A stretch of DNA of 64,000 nucleotides from Bispira polyomma (lineage: Eukaryota), in NCBI GenBank assembly GCA_965649765.1, contig OZ287757.1:53258001-53322000 (forward strand), written 5' to 3'. Positions 27,033 through 40,436 of this stretch are shown in pieces. Each line of letters opens with the position of its first letter. The first letter of the stretch is position 1. Both the position numbers and the translations under genes were made by a program. The notes beneath the pieces are model-generated. The model searched no databases and was not told the origin of the DNA. It worked only from the letters and a program-made list of their open reading frames with translations.

Positions 27033-27199
27033 ACATACATGAAATAGATAACTTTATAACCCTTTTGCTCCACATATATTGAAGGTAGAGAAAACACAGA
27101 CAACATTTATTTATTATTATCAAACTGTTTAGCTCTCATAGCTTTGATAATATCAAATCATATAGTATTATTATAGAAGAATTGATATTCTATCGGTAT

Positions 27200-27440
27200 A
27201 AGACATTAGTTGTCCAAATGATTAGTCGGAGGACAGAAATGGGTCTTGACCAGAAGGCCATATGTAAGGAAGATTGGCTAAGGTGGCGGAATAGACCTGT
27301 CGGAACAGATGTGTCTTGAGTTAGATCTTGAATTTATGAGTTATTCCACTCATATGAAACAGCAACTTAATAACTGTGTCTACCCACCTGTCTATGGTCG
27401 AATGCAGGACATGATTAATTGGTGACCACGGCACTAATAT
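27200..27440 (-). mobile_element. L2/CR1-like LINE 3' relic
   Basis: Minus strand gagtggaataac...ctcaagacacatctgttccgacaggtctattcc (EWN..LKTHLFRQ). Confidence 0.6.
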
Positions 27441-28517
27441 GCTCTCCTAAATGGTATCTAAAATTTATAATTGATAACACAGAAACAAAAAGTCAACAAT
27501 AAGTGATCATCAATTGATAACCGGGAGAGGGCTATGGAGGAAAGGTATGTCAAAGTTAATCGTACAAAATCTGGATACTGTCAAGACAACTCCTGATCAA
27601 TCTTTATGTAATCTGATTAATATGCATATTATCATAGTAATGTATTATGTTTGCCTTCTACTGTGTTCTCTTGTTTTGTACTGCTTGTATATTGATATTG
27701 TATGGTATATGTATGTTCATATATATATATATGGAAAAACAACACCAATAAAACAAAATCTTTACGTAGTCTTAACAGTATCTGTTCCTAGTTTTGTAAA
27801 TCTTGAACATTCTTGATATAATCCTAGCGATGTTGCAAATGAATCTTGACCCTAGCTATGTGCCTACTCAGGAGTACTCCTAGAATTTGAATTTTGCATC
27901 GCTTTCGACACCTTACGTCATATTGCATTGGTCAAATTCAATGGGAGAAGAAACATCTACTGTGTCTACCACCTGATTACGGTAAGTACCTGACAAAATT
28001 TTCCACATGGAGGAACAAATGGGATTCCTCAAACTAACATTGTTGAGATGCCATTGTTATGAAGTAGGCACTTCTTACCATTAGTTCAGTTCAGCCCCCA
28101 ACTCCTAAGATATTCCTAAAATTTTTGTATCAAGTACGGATAATAGACAGTTTTCAGAGAATGATTTTCATCGATGCACACCTACGTAAAATATATCACC
28201 CTGTAAAATTTTGGAAATCCCCACGATCATAACGTTAGAACCAGAGAATTCCCATAAAATCTTTAGTAAACTGTGAAGATGGTAACCTTGTTTAAAAGGC
28301 TATCGCTATACCCTATGTTAGGGTGTGTGTGCATTTCTCTTGTTTGATTGGATGACAAGTATATAATATTATTCAATATCAATAGTTTATTACATTTGGT
28401 TCCACTTAGACTGACAAAATCCTAATGGGAAACCTTCACATTAAATATGCATTATAAATGTTTTACAACACCGCAACGTCAAACACTGTCTGTTTATAGC
28501 TCTACGTACCGTAATAT

Positions 28518-28770
28518 GGGGACGCGGTGGCCTAGTGGTTAGCAAGCATTGCGCTTTACAATCACTAGTTTCTCACCTCTTGGTGGCGTGAGTTTAAATC
28601 CCGTCGATGCCTATGTGGGAAAGGTGGTAGTTCCTTACCGTGGGCCGCTGGTTTCAGTGCAGAACCTTGATCAACTGTATGCAGTGTTTCCTCCAGCGTT
28701 TCCAACTAACATTCCCAATATAACCTAAACAGGTACTAGAGTGGATGTTAAATATCCAAATAAAAAAAGA
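28518..28770 (+). mobile_element. tRNA-derived SINE, family A, full length
   Basis: Same family; 14-bp TSD acgtacc(g/a)taatat; paralogous site near 8890 is empty. Confidence 0.93.
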
Positions 28771-31469
28771 ACGTACCATAATATAATAACCGTGTGAGAA
28801 ATCTCTCCAATGTCATCATTTTGTCCATGTTAGACAGGAATCTCTAATCTTACAACAATCAGCAGAGTCAGGGATAGTCATTTTGATTGACCAAGCAAAA
28901 AGACAAAAGATACATGTTCCATGTTACTGCACTCTCTCATTGCATCTAGACTGGATCATGCAAATTAGCTATGGACTACACTGATTGCCTATAAAACAAA
29001 TAATGACCATGCAAAAGTGTTGTTAATAACATTTAAAACCCTAAATGGACTAGCCCCAGAATACATCAAAGACATGCTACCATTATATATATACTAAAAA
29101 GAACATTGAGATCAACCAGTGATTAGCTGGTAAAAGTGAAGAAATGTATCCATAAAACAAATCATGTTTACACAGTCATCCTAAGCTTTAGAACAGCTGA
29201 CCAATTACGATTATAGAGATTAAAAAAATGTCAAGTTTTTAAATCTGAAATTGAAGACTCAATTTTATCTAGTGTGTTGTCAATGAATATGTTTATGTAT
29301 ATGCTGCCATCCTAAACACAGTTTTATTGTATTGTAAACATAAAAATGTGGGTCTACAGAAACAATATAAACGGCATTGTCATGGCTAAAATATGGATTT
29401 CAAGAAAGGTTGAAATGCTATTAACTGAAAAGTATTATTTTATTAATAATATATGTTCAATAATATAAATTATGACAAAATAAATTTGTTGATGCAATAA
29501 ACTGGTTGTTTCTTTTTTTCAACGTTTAAAGTTTTAAATTTTGGTATAACATAAATATTCATTTGAAATATTGGACCATCCGTTTCGGTGTCTATCTGAG
29601 CCGCAATGAGTCTGGTTGTATTTAGTTGTCCAAGGCTCAGATCGAACATAGATGATCTTCTTTTCCTAAAGTGTCACACTAGGCCCTTTTCAGAAGTTAT
29701 GTCACACAAAAGTTCTTCAAATTACTTCAAACATTTCCACTGTAGTTTGTAAAGATTAACAAATCACGCTAGTTCTTTGGATGTATGTATATGATGACAA
29801 AGTTCAAAGTATCTTCATTAGTGTTCTAAAAAGAAACCCAAGATTAAAGAAAACAAGCTGTTTTTTTTTGCTTTTGGTTTGTTTTAAACTGCCATCACAC
29901 TGGCTTATTTCCTCAAATTTCAGATCTAAGACACATATCTGGCTATAAAACCGCACTAAAGATTGCCTTTATTGGAGTCACCCATGCTACAACAACAGTA
30001 ACATTGACAAGAGCGCGATGACCTGTCTAACATGTAGAAATCTGATGTCTGTTCATAAACTAGACATCCAGGGCCCTGTAAATCGACAGATTTGTTAAAA
30101 TGCCAACTAACGAAGATGCAACAACGAAAGTATGAGACTATAACTAAACAACTCTGTGGGTAAATGGAAAGCATTGGTTAGGCTTTCGTTAGTTCAGTCC
30201 AAACGAGGGTCTAACCAATGTGATTGCATGGTATCATAGGATGTGGTTACGATATAAATGTAGAACTTATGCCCCTTTTAACAAAACAAGCTTTGAGATA
30301 TTTTTTACAGAGTTACTGAACAAGAAAGTGTAATAATAAATAAATTTATGTCTCTTATTTATAACTTTGCAACATACATAAAATACAATGGACTGGTATA
30401 CTTACCCTTAATAAAATGATACCAGTGCAATTGGCAAATATAGAGGTGACCTACAATCATAATTATTGATTTTTTGCAGGCTGTATATGGCAATGAAAGT
30501 TAAATGGGTTGTAAGCCTACGCTTCCGTTCAGCATGTTTCTATCGGCTGACGTCGGCCGATTTTTTCCCTCGTTATACAATACTACTAAGTGCTTCCTTT
30601 CAGCAGATTCGATTTTGAAGAAAAAAATGTCTACAAATACACTGTCTTGGGTATATTATTCATCTGATATATACTCAATATTGGTCGGATATTGACTTAT
30701 AAAAATGGCAGGAGAAAGCTTATTATATTGTGATTACTGTGCCTCTTTTTTCGTTCTCATTGGCGTCTTTCCCATTAGACTGGCATAGTCTCCCAGTTGA
30801 GCATAAATCACTAAAAACACTTTCTTTGTTTAGGAGAAAACTTGAAACCCATCTCTTCAGACTCTCTACACCCTCAAATCATTCCACTTACGACCGTGGC
30901 TCACGACTGTGGCTTGATTGGTTAATTGATTCTGCTGTTGTGCTTTAGAATATGTCTTGCATTAATATGGCACGTTAAAAAATGTGAAACATAATTCACT
31001 ACAATTCAAATATCCAATCATAGAGTAGATCCCTAGCGGGCTATATGTAACTTTTCTACACAGACAGAAACCACATTATGTGACCATTCATGTTATTGGT
31101 GCTTGCACCTGCATTAGAAATACCTTGGAGTTAAACTTGGAATCTGAGTTAAGATTAAGAGCCCATATTGTTTAAAACAAATCATGCTAAAAAACTTACA
31201 CTAAAGTTTAGTGTTTAACTAAAATTTAAGGTTGATGTGGACATTCTATGCTATGTAAAAAGTCTTGTTAAAAGTTATTGTATATGTAAATAAACATAAT
31301 ACACGTTGACCAGTCATTCTAAATAGGGTCTTTTTAGTACTCAATTCAAATACATAAAGTCATGGGATAGTTTCACTTCACTCTAGCCAGAAATATATTG
31401 ACACTTGAAGATTTCACCACACACGCCTCTCACCTCTGTTGTCCTGGTTAAAATCGAAGCCGGAGCTTT

Positions 31470-31730
31470 AAGCGAGAAATACCACAATACATCAGGGATA
31501 TGCTAACATTATACAGACTACCAAGGGCCTTACGATCAAGTAGTGATTACCTGATAATGATACCAATATCCCTACAAAAAACCATCGGGGGTCGATCATT
31601 TTCATCCAGTGCTCCTAAGTTATGGAACAGTTTACCAACTGACACCAGGATGGTCAACAAACTTTCAAGTTTGAAATGTGCTATTAAAACAGTTTTGTTC
31701 ATTGAAGCTTACAAAGGTGTAATCTAATCT
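31470..31730 (+). mobile_element. L2/CR1-like LINE 3' relic (a shorter one lies at ~30775-30880)
   Basis: RALRSS..GGRSFSSSAPKLWNSLP..KTVLFIEAY. Confidence 0.8.
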
Positions 31731-31804
31731 ATTGTAGTGTCAGTGATTATGTTTAGATATATATTTGCACATTAAATACTGTTAATATTATTATTATTAT
31801 TATT

Positions 31805-31962
31805 AAACTTGGCAGCTACCTGCCCATGGTCACTGGTTCACTGGTGTAGACTCGCTCCCAACTAGTATAGACTGGTTTTCTCCAGCAATAAAACTGTCCA
31901 TCCTGATATGACCTATACAATGTGTTGACAGCAATGTTGCAACTCAAATAAAAAAAAAAAAA
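31805..31962 (+). mobile_element. 5'-truncated SINE relic with poly(A) tail
   Basis: actggttttctccagcaataaaactgtccatcctgatatgacc, then caaat and an A run; same body plan as the other SINEs. Confidence 0.6.
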
Positions 31963-32800
31963 AATTTCAAATTTCCCATTCTGTGGAGTGGAGCTTGAGG
32001 TCTTGTTTAGAGCAAACGACACCACGGGTATAGAACAGGTAATACATCTTGATGACAGGTGTTTGATCTAGATACAAACCTTGTTGTTAAAAAAACAACA
32101 CTTGGGGGCATACTACAATAGTGGAATGGTGTTAGATTGATAATTGACCTGGCCATTAATACTGCCTGTGATTCCGTTTGGATCACAAAATGCAGAAAAA
32201 TTACAAGTGTAATTATAGAGTCAGGAAATTGGAAATAACTGTTTTCCTTCGAAAACAGCACTTACTGGCTTTCTGCAATTAGCAGTGGTTTTTACCCAGC
32301 TCATTTCACAGGGGCGGTGGGGAGGTGGGTGGCAGGGGGTGGGGGGGGGGGGGTGGTGGGTGTGCAGTATAAAAAGTGTATTCAATGACACAAACCTCTC
32401 TCCTTTGTTGGGGGGATTACCACCAAAGTGTTGTCATCAGAACCTCGGGGGAATCAAAAGCAGTCACAGGCGCAGTTGCAAGACTTCATTTGTCCATAAA
32501 GTGCAGTACAGGTTGGTGCAGTTTAGTGGTTTCTTTTACTAGTAATTAATAATTCAAGGGTCAAATTAATGAAACATCCTCTGAGACACTGGTTCTCCAG
32601 AAGTAGGAGGTAGTTCATTTTTTGACGAAAAAAACAACAACCTTCACTTAACTTGGCGAATGTGGCTATGGACATGACAAGGCTTTTAATTTGACTGATA
32701 CAACTACTTTGTACAAGTACTTTGTAATCTTGTGGGAGTTTCTTACACTCCACTGGTGAAGAGATCATAGGCTACTTACCACTATTTTCTCAATTCATAT

Positions 32801-32991
32801 CCTTTCCACTACCGATGCATAGTTTTGGTCCAATTGGAAATTGTTGCCGGACTTCCAAACCGCAATTTGTGGCCATTTTTTGGTGCTCTGTAATGAGGAC
32901 TAGAAATTATTAGTAAACTGCCGACGTGTAATTTGAGGCACTATTTTTAGCCTTCGTTGGCCCAAAACTATGCATCTGTAGTGTAAAATGG
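32801..32991. mobile_element. MITE (~190 bp) with ~30-bp TIRs
   Basis: tttccactaccgatgcatagttttggtccaa ... ttggcccaaaactatgcatctgtagtgtaaaa. Confidence 0.8.
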
Positions 32992-34689
32992 CCCAAAACA
33001 ACACGTTGGCACTTTAACAGTAATTTCCAGTCAGCGCTTTAAAGCATGTTTCTTGTGGATTCGATAATCTAAACTTTGACATGCTTCTGTGTATAGGGCC
33101 AGACAAAAATATATAATTTTAGTATATATAATATACGTAATTGATCCAATAATAGTTTTATAATATAGTTGAAGCGAATCATTGATTATTTCTTTCATTA
33201 AATTCAAGGACATTGACTGCATATCTTGATTTTTTCTAAAGGAAATGGCAGGGGGATTTGATAACTCATATTTCGGTTGTTAATGGCAACATGGGTAAAC
33301 GCCACCAAAATTGTATATTGACTTTCAAGGCAGTATACCATAATTATATTATGGTACATAAATCTAAATATAGAGTTTGCCATATTTGATTACTGTTTAT
33401 TATAAAGAAACCAAATGTCATATTTTATTACTATCTTTTATAAAATAGTCTGCAAAATCTAAAAACAAACAAACTATATTTCCTTTAATAGCATATACTT
33501 GTTGCTTCTGTCGGTTATTACGTTCATGAGACAGCCACATCAATTGAATTACTTTCCTCAAAATATTTTAAATTATTCAAATTTCTAAAGTACTGATGCT
33601 TTCAACTTCAACTTCCTCAGATATCATGTATTATTTTGTTAAACGAACCAGAACACTTATTGGTCTGGCGTCACAAATATATAATCTAAAATTCTGTATC
33701 ACCTATATTTACTGATATATGATGATTTAGTTTGTGACATCCACTCTAAAAATACTATTTTTAACAATTTTTAGATTAGGGTCCAACTTTAACTAATAAT
33801 CCCCTGATTACCATTTATTGTAATTGTAATTGGTGAAAAATTTAAAATTCTAACAAATTGGACTTTCTACCATGACATTTATATACCATATTTTAAGTAA
33901 ATATCCAACGCGCTGAATCCACCGTCGGTGACGATACATTTTTTTTATTATTATTATAGATTTTTAACGTGCTTTATTGATGCTAGGCATCTTCTAAAGC
34001 GCAACAGCAGAATCACTAGTGTTTTTACTGAAAAAAACACTGAAACATTCTGATTTAATAAAATAAGAAAAGCTATAATAATCCCCTATAAGGGAAACAA
34101 TAATGCTTTCTGGAAGCACAGGTAACTGCATAGTTATGCAAATAAACAGGGATTCAATTAGAACATGGAATGATGGTAATGCATTCATTTTTGTGTGTTT
34201 CTTTTGTTGAAGAAATATTCCAAACACCTGTATTGCTAAGGCTTCTGCAGGATGTACTAGATCAAGTGTCACATGGAAATGTGTAGTCTATTTTCATAAT
34301 ATTGTAAACAACAGAAATAACTTGGCTCTGCTGTATACTTATAAAGGCGCTTGATTCTGCTAGGATTCCATCCTGGGTTGTCATGGATCTTGAGATTAAT
34401 AGACCAGTACACTAACAATTGAGCTAAAGGGAAAACCTCAGAAGCCTGAGTGTTTTATGCACTGATATTACACAGATATTACAATATGCCAATTCAAAAC
34501 ATGTTCACAAAAACCACGGGAATAATGTTATAATTAATAATTTTAATAATACTTGTTGATAACTGTTACCTTACTTTATTTCTGCTCATGCTTAATTATT
34601 TTATTTTTATATTTAACCTTTTCAAAAGGCCTGACAATTATATATTGTAGGACACAAAATATAATTACATAAGAGTATTAGAGTTAGGT

Positions 34690-35335
34690 TACATTTAACC
34701 CAAGAGGGTGCCATTGCGGTGGCAGACGCCCTGGTGTCAAGTCGACTAGATTATTGTAACTCACTGCTATATGGAATTGGAAAGGGCCAAATGAGAAAAC
34801 TACAGAAAATACAAAATAGCCTGTGCAGAATAGTTAACCATGTTGGCCCTCGCACTCACACTGCTCCCCTGCTGAAACGATTGCGTTGGTTGCCTATTGA
34901 GTTTCGTATCAAATTTAAGGTAATTGTCCTCATTTTTAAGACAGTTCATGTACATCAACCTGCCTATTTATCATCTATGCTGTCTCTCAGCAATCTCACC
35001 CGAGGTAACCGTCTCTCCACCTCTGGTTTCCTACCAAAAATACAAGCTGGTTCAAAATCATTCTTAGTTGCAGCACCTGCTGAGTGGAATAGCCTATCTA
35101 CCAGTTGTCGGACTAAGACAAGCATCATGGGTGTCAGAAAAAGACTCAAAACACATCTGTATCAGCTCGCTTTCCCACCTTAGCATGCATCTGATGGTCA
35201 CGACTGATTCTCTGATCACAACCTTTTTCTGTCTACCGGACTATGCTCTTGCACACTTACTAGGATATGCGGCACAGAGGATGCCTGATCATCGATTGTG
35301 GCGCTATAGAAGTAAAAACATTAACATTAGGTTGG
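34690..35335 (+). mobile_element. 5'-truncated L2/CR1-like LINE with an unbroken ORF2 C-terminal frame
   Basis: ALVSSRLDYCNSLL..LRWLPIEFRIKFK..APAEWNSL..LKTHLYQLAFPP; 3' end ggcgctatagaagt plus aacatt repeats. Confidence 0.9.
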
Positions 35336-35389
35336 GAAGGTCATCTTGAGGTCAACTTTAATGGGAATAGAGAAACCAAACTCCTGTGC

Positions 35390-35640
35390 TGGTATCCTCG
35401 AAATAAAGTCAAGCCTGAAACTTATACTCAACTCAATTAAAGGCGAAAATGTGGAAATCTTTGTACATGGAAATAACCAATATGTGTGACCGTTCATTCT
35501 AATAGAGCTGCTTTTAACACTGAATTTAAATATGAAGTCAGAGTTTAGATATGTTTACTGTATCTAGGGGTATAGATAATCAAGATTTAGGTTGGGAAAG
35601 AGTTTAATCTGAGTGTACACTCGAGAATATGAGCCTGGAT
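35390..35640 (-). repeat. Dispersed old repeat; other copies at ~2010-2170 (+) and ~26745-26900 (+)
   Basis: Shared blocks in order: catatttgaatt, cacaagt..tagg.tta, tgagttt.ag; the copy here is reverse-complemented. Confidence 0.6.
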
Positions 35641-35728
35641 GAAAGGGTCAGTCCCAGACGCCAATGTGTATCAAAACGGAGTGGAGCAATCAAAATAAAG
35701 GAACTGGAAACTTTGCTTGAAGGATTAA

Positions 35729-36210
35729 GGGGCTACTGCACAACTTTTATTTTTGTGCCTTAAACTCAATTTTTGGATAACATATTTACATTTTCATGAG
35801 TAGAAATAATAAAAAAACGCATATTTTAATTATATGCTATTTTATATATTTACGGGTGATTTGAATATATATTTTGGGACATATAATACAGTGTCTGTGA
35901 ATTGGAAAAAAATTGGTAAATATTTGCAAATACATGCTTTACAAACGTGACACAAAACACACACAAGAATGAATTAATACTGAAGTATTGTACATCACTA
36001 GAGAAAAGAAAACTTCAGCTATATTTTAAATGATTTATTTTTTCAATTAAAATACAAAAACTGGGGCTATTTTAGAAAACTATATAAGTTACCATTTCCT
36101 AAAAGAAAGAATCTTTTCTATTCTTCTTTTACATAAAATAAGAAAACCTATTTCAAAATGTAACGCATTCAAAATAATATACACATATTTTAAAGTTGTG
36201 TAGTGTATCT
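35729..36210. mobile_element. Possible TTAA-type (Kolobok-like) non-autonomous element
   Basis: ttaa|GGGGCTACTGCACAACTTT at left; aaagttgtgtagt at right is a partial inverted match; right TSD not seen. Confidence 0.35.
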
Positions 36211-36299
36211 ACTGTCTTCAGATATGCTGGATCAATACTTCTATTATGTCACGATAGAAAGGTTTCTCTGCGAGAATTGTTTACAAATATGATGTGCCA

Positions 36300-36440
36300 C
36301 CATGCAATTCGCTTTTCAGGAGTCTCTCAAAGTTTAATTTACGTAAATTACATTGGCTCCCTGTTGAACAGCGTTCAGTGTTTAAGACAGCTACACTTGT
36401 TTAAAAGTTTCTCAACACTGGGTTTCCAAAGTATTTTTAG
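36300..36440 (+). mobile_element. L2/CR1-like ORF2 fragment
   Basis: RKLHWLPVEQRSVFKTATLV*KFLNTGFPKY. Confidence 0.7.
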
Positions 36441-37056
36441 GCAGGCAAAGTGAGTATATGTGCTAAAATATAATTTTGTAAATGCAGCATAATAAACATT
36501 CACAGCCTTTTAAGCAGGCTTCATTCATGTATACACGTAATGTTACCCCATTTATATTTTAACATATCGTATAAAATAGTGTAGCTTCATTTTTATTATT
36601 CTTCATAGAATTAAAATTTACTACAAAATGGCGCGTTTGTCATCTAGATCAGTTGTGTCTCTCACATCACATTCAGGAACAGAATTAGGGAAAATGAATT
36701 AAAAAAGAGCATGTAACATTGTTGTTAAAGGGGAATAAAGGACACATTTTGACAATATTTTTCATGTAAACATAGTTTGCGAAGGTTGGTAACTCTGTAG
36801 ATTGGTAGTGTTGCTTATTATTTTTCTGCGTTTTAGGATACAAATATACAGCTAAAATTCATTTAAATGCATCCTTAAAATGCACTGAGATAATATTGTA
36901 ATACTCAATAACAATCTACATTTTTATTTGTATATTTATTTCAGACTAATGAAAGTTTAAGAAGGCATATCAGAATTAGGAGAGAAAACCGCAACAACGT
37001 TAGTGATATCAAGCATTAACAGTGACCGGAACAGTAGCTGTACCGCTGAATATACA

Positions 37057-38315
37057 ATGGAAATGGACCTGACAACTACGGAGGAGGGTGTTAGAAACAG
37101 CACCATGGATTTTTTAGCAGGTGTCCATTCAAATAAGAATGAGTCCTCCGAAGTAAGGGACAGCTATCAGTATTCCCCAACTATAGAAGAAAAATTAATT
37201 GATTATTCAGCCTCAATGGCCTTAAACTGTACCGCTGCAGTGCTCAACATTATTGGTTTGATACTCTTGCACAAAGCTTCTAAAAAAGGCAAAACCTCGT
37301 CCGAACTGTTTCTGATATCCCAATTGTCTTTCGATCTGGTTAGTTCTTTAATGGTATCCTTGTGGCCTGTAGGAAAGGCTTTTCATCCACAAAGCTTTGA
37401 AGATACCTTTGCAATGGAATTGGTCTGTAGCCTATGGTACTCTCAGTTCATCCGTCTTTTCTTTGCTAATATGTCAATATTCAACTGCACTTTACTGACC
37501 CTTGAAAGGTATGCTAAAATTGTGTTCCCAATTATCCACAGAATGTGGATGTCCCCTGAGAAAGCCAAAATCATTTTATTGTCAGTCATGGGTTTTAGCT
37601 TTTTCAAAGGAATTATCAATAATATTTTACCATCTGGTTTAACTAGTGCTAGGTGCGGTACCCGAGCATTTATGTCAGAATATGGAAAATTAGGGTTGCA
37701 GATGATGAATTTTGTTATTGTCACCGTTATACCCATTGCTACCTTTGTCTTCTGTTATAGTCACATGCTGATTGTTTTGCGCAGGCGTCAACTTAAAATA
37801 GATCCAGGCAAAAAAATCCACAGGTCCAACAAAAGTCAAGGCCCCAAGACAGACCATTTAACTGTTGCGTCAACAAATACGTCCCATACAACAGATATTC
37901 CCTCAGTGGAACAGACCAACCTTACTTCCCTCTCAGTTGCTGGGCACAACTTGGAATCCACTGATAATGTACCCTCAGTAAATATGAGTGAAGGTTATTC
38001 CAGTGCACACACTGACCCAGGCAAAGAGGTCAAAATCAATAAAAAGAAAAACACAAAGAAAATACTGGCTAACGTTGAAAGAAATCTTTTTATCACAGCA
38101 CTGTTGGTTAATATTTCCTTTATTGCCAGCAATGCTCCTGTTCGATTGTACTTCATCTTGAGGACAGTAGGCATCATAAAAAACCACATTAGAGGACCTG
38201 GATTCAAGTTTATGACTGTGCTCATTTACTTGAACTATTGCTTTCACCCAATCATATATGATTCACTTTGAAGAAGGTCAGAGATAAGTTGTACTTCTGG
38301 AGGAAAAAAGTTTGA
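37057..38315 (+). CDS. Class A GPCR, copy 2, with a 1-bp deletion after TM7 (truncated receptor, young pseudogene or assembly error)
   Basis: Paralogous to copies 1 and 3. First in-frame ATG after the TAA at 36958 is 37057 (the ORF-track GTG start is not a likely eukaryotic start). At 38260/38261 'tat g-a ttc act ttg aag' vs copy 3 'tat gcc ttt acc ttg aag' gives a stop at 38271; the ancestral frame continues FTLKKVRDKLYFWRKKV to TGA at 38313-38315. Confidence 0.88.
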
Positions 38316-39734
38316 ACCCTAAGGTCACCTGAGGTCACAAAGTATCCCTTACCACTGGGATTTGTTTGACTTATTTCACATATTTTTGGTGAAATATAAC
38401 TATTTATTATCCACTATTATCCGCTGTGAAATACAGTGATTTGATGGTTGATTCGGGCCGGGTGATACAACAAACTCATTTCACCTGGTGCCCATAAAAA
38501 TGTTTAGGAAAATTGTAGCAGTGACAATAAAGTTTTTAGTGTCAATTTTACGTACTATTTCAGACATAAAGTTGTTAAAAGGTGTGATTCACATATAATA
38601 TAGACCTTAAACAACATAATGGTATATTAAACTCGATTGATAGTACTTTTTAAATACGAGTTTGAATTTAATTATTTGTGGTACCAACTATTGTACTTAT
38701 GTACTTCTTGGCTTTTAGATTTGTGATATCACAATGGAAGGTTTCGAAACATAAACAGACACTATTAGAGTTTTGGGTTGTTTAAATATTGTCACAGTAA
38801 ACAAAATAATCCATGAACTGTTTAAAAGGTTTGACATATACAAAATATAAGCAATATGCAAAGTTATTCCATACAAAATTTGATTTTTAGTTTGATGTAA
38901 GTTTTAATTTAAAGCTAATTCTTTGAGCAAACAAGTCAGTACTTTTTGTTTATATTGACGTGAATTTTTAATAATTTACACCTTCTAAGACTGTTGTTTT
39001 TTAAAAAAATAGTTTGAAATATATTAATTAATATAATGATATTTCATGAGTGAGTAATGAAAGTAAAACATTCCGTGGGGTGTATATTATTAAAAGTTAT
39101 ATGACTTAAGTAGATAAAACTTTTTGTTTCTATTGCCGTGAATTTTTACACATGTTTGTTTAAGTCTTTGTGATGATGGTCATCATTGTAGTACCACTGA
39201 CTGTAAAACCATGGCCTAGTGGAAAGGTTGTGCCCTAAACTCCCTGACAACAAACCATAGAATGCATATACATTTTGTCAGGCAAACTACAGCGCCAAAT
39301 GCCATTAATTTGTGTGTATGTTTGCCTCCATTGGAGAGTAGTATTACATTTGTACATATTGTATTCTATATATGTTCTATATTTGTTAATTCTAGCCAAA
39401 ATTTGTTAAAACATACGTACCTACAGCATATTGGTGATTTCATACAAAGGGTTTTAAAACAGGCATATATTGTTGGATAAATAAAAATACAATAGGTATC
39501 TCTGTTATGTCTCAGTGTTTAAATATACATAACAAAAACAATTGTAAATATGAGCCTGACCTCTGCTGGCAATCAAGACCGATGAATCACGTATTTGAAA
39601 GTGTTTATGTGGAGTTGAGTATTGTTATTTAATTATGGTAACTCCCAAAATAGACTGGTTGATTTTCCTTATTCTTATTACATGTGTCACTGAAATGTAT
39701 CATTATCATTTCATCATTTGTTATCAATATATTA

Positions 39735-40128
39735 GGTTATCACAGGCATCAAAATGAAAATAGAGCCAAACAGCCAATCCTTAAGGTCCGACCAAGGTCA
39801 AGATTACAAGTGGACTATTTAACTGCTGACATGCATCATGTCATAGATGTTCTATCGAGGAAACATACTAAACTTACCTCGATGCACACCAACAAATGTA
39901 AAGGAGTAACATCTTAGCACTGTTGGTTAACATTTCCTTCATGCACAGCAATGCACCTATTCCATTGTATTTCATTTTTCGGATAGTTGGCATTATCAAA
40001 GCCCATATTTGAGGGCCTGGGTTTATGGCAGTGCTGATTTATATAAACTTTTGCTTTTACCCAATCATATATGTTTTTACTTTGAACAAGGTTGGAAATC
40101 AGCTGTATTTTTTGAAGGAACAAATTTA
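39735..40128 (+). pseudogene. GPCR pseudogene, C-terminal half (ICL3, TM6, TM7, helix 8)
   Basis: From ~39917 reads ALLVNISFMHSNAPIPLYFIFRIVGIIKAHI*GPGFMAVLIYINFCFYPIIYVFTLNKVGNQLYF, matching copy 2; TGA at 40010. 39740-39880 aligns loosely with the ICL3 DNA of copy 3 (59122-59268). Not in the ORF track. Confidence 0.88.
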
Positions 40129-40290
40129 ACCCTCCCACACACCTTTGGCCACTTGTTAACTGTTCCCTGAACCCTCCCACACTCCTTTGGCTACTTGTTG
40201 ACTGTTCCCTGAACCCTCCCACACTCCTTTGGCTACTTGTTGACTGTTCCCTGAACCCTCCCACACTCCTTTGGCCACTTGTTCACTGTT
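40128..40290. repeat. 42-bp minisatellite, ~4 copies
   Basis: Unit aaccctcccacactcctttggctacttgttgactgttccctg; explains the repetitive minus-strand ORF 39914-40264. Confidence 0.95.
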
Positions 40291-40436
40291 TCCAAGTTCT
40301 GCTGCTTAAGTAGGGAGTGGATCCATGCCTGCTTATTTTTTATGATTTGAACAATTTTCACAAAAAAATATATTACAATACACAAACAAATAACATAATA
40401 CAATTACTCAATAACGACTGTTACATATAAGGACAT

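Larger units (their letters stand above)
26016..29780 (+). repeat. Local duplication, copy B
   Basis: See copy A; same orientation. Confidence 0.88.

Noticed and set aside
32311-32360. G-rich tracts as functional G-quadruplexes (also ~2556-2579, 11122-11211)
   Set aside because: Poly-G/C runs are scattered without relation to genes and are error-prone in assemblies; no evidence of function.
37003-37056. GTG/TTG starts given by the ORF track (37003, 58354, 20340, 23624)
   Set aside because: Prokaryote-style starts; ATG codons or splice acceptors explain these exons better.
39914-40264. Repetitive 116-aa minus-strand ORF
   Set aside because: Produced by a 42-bp minisatellite plus the antisense of the GPCR pseudogene.
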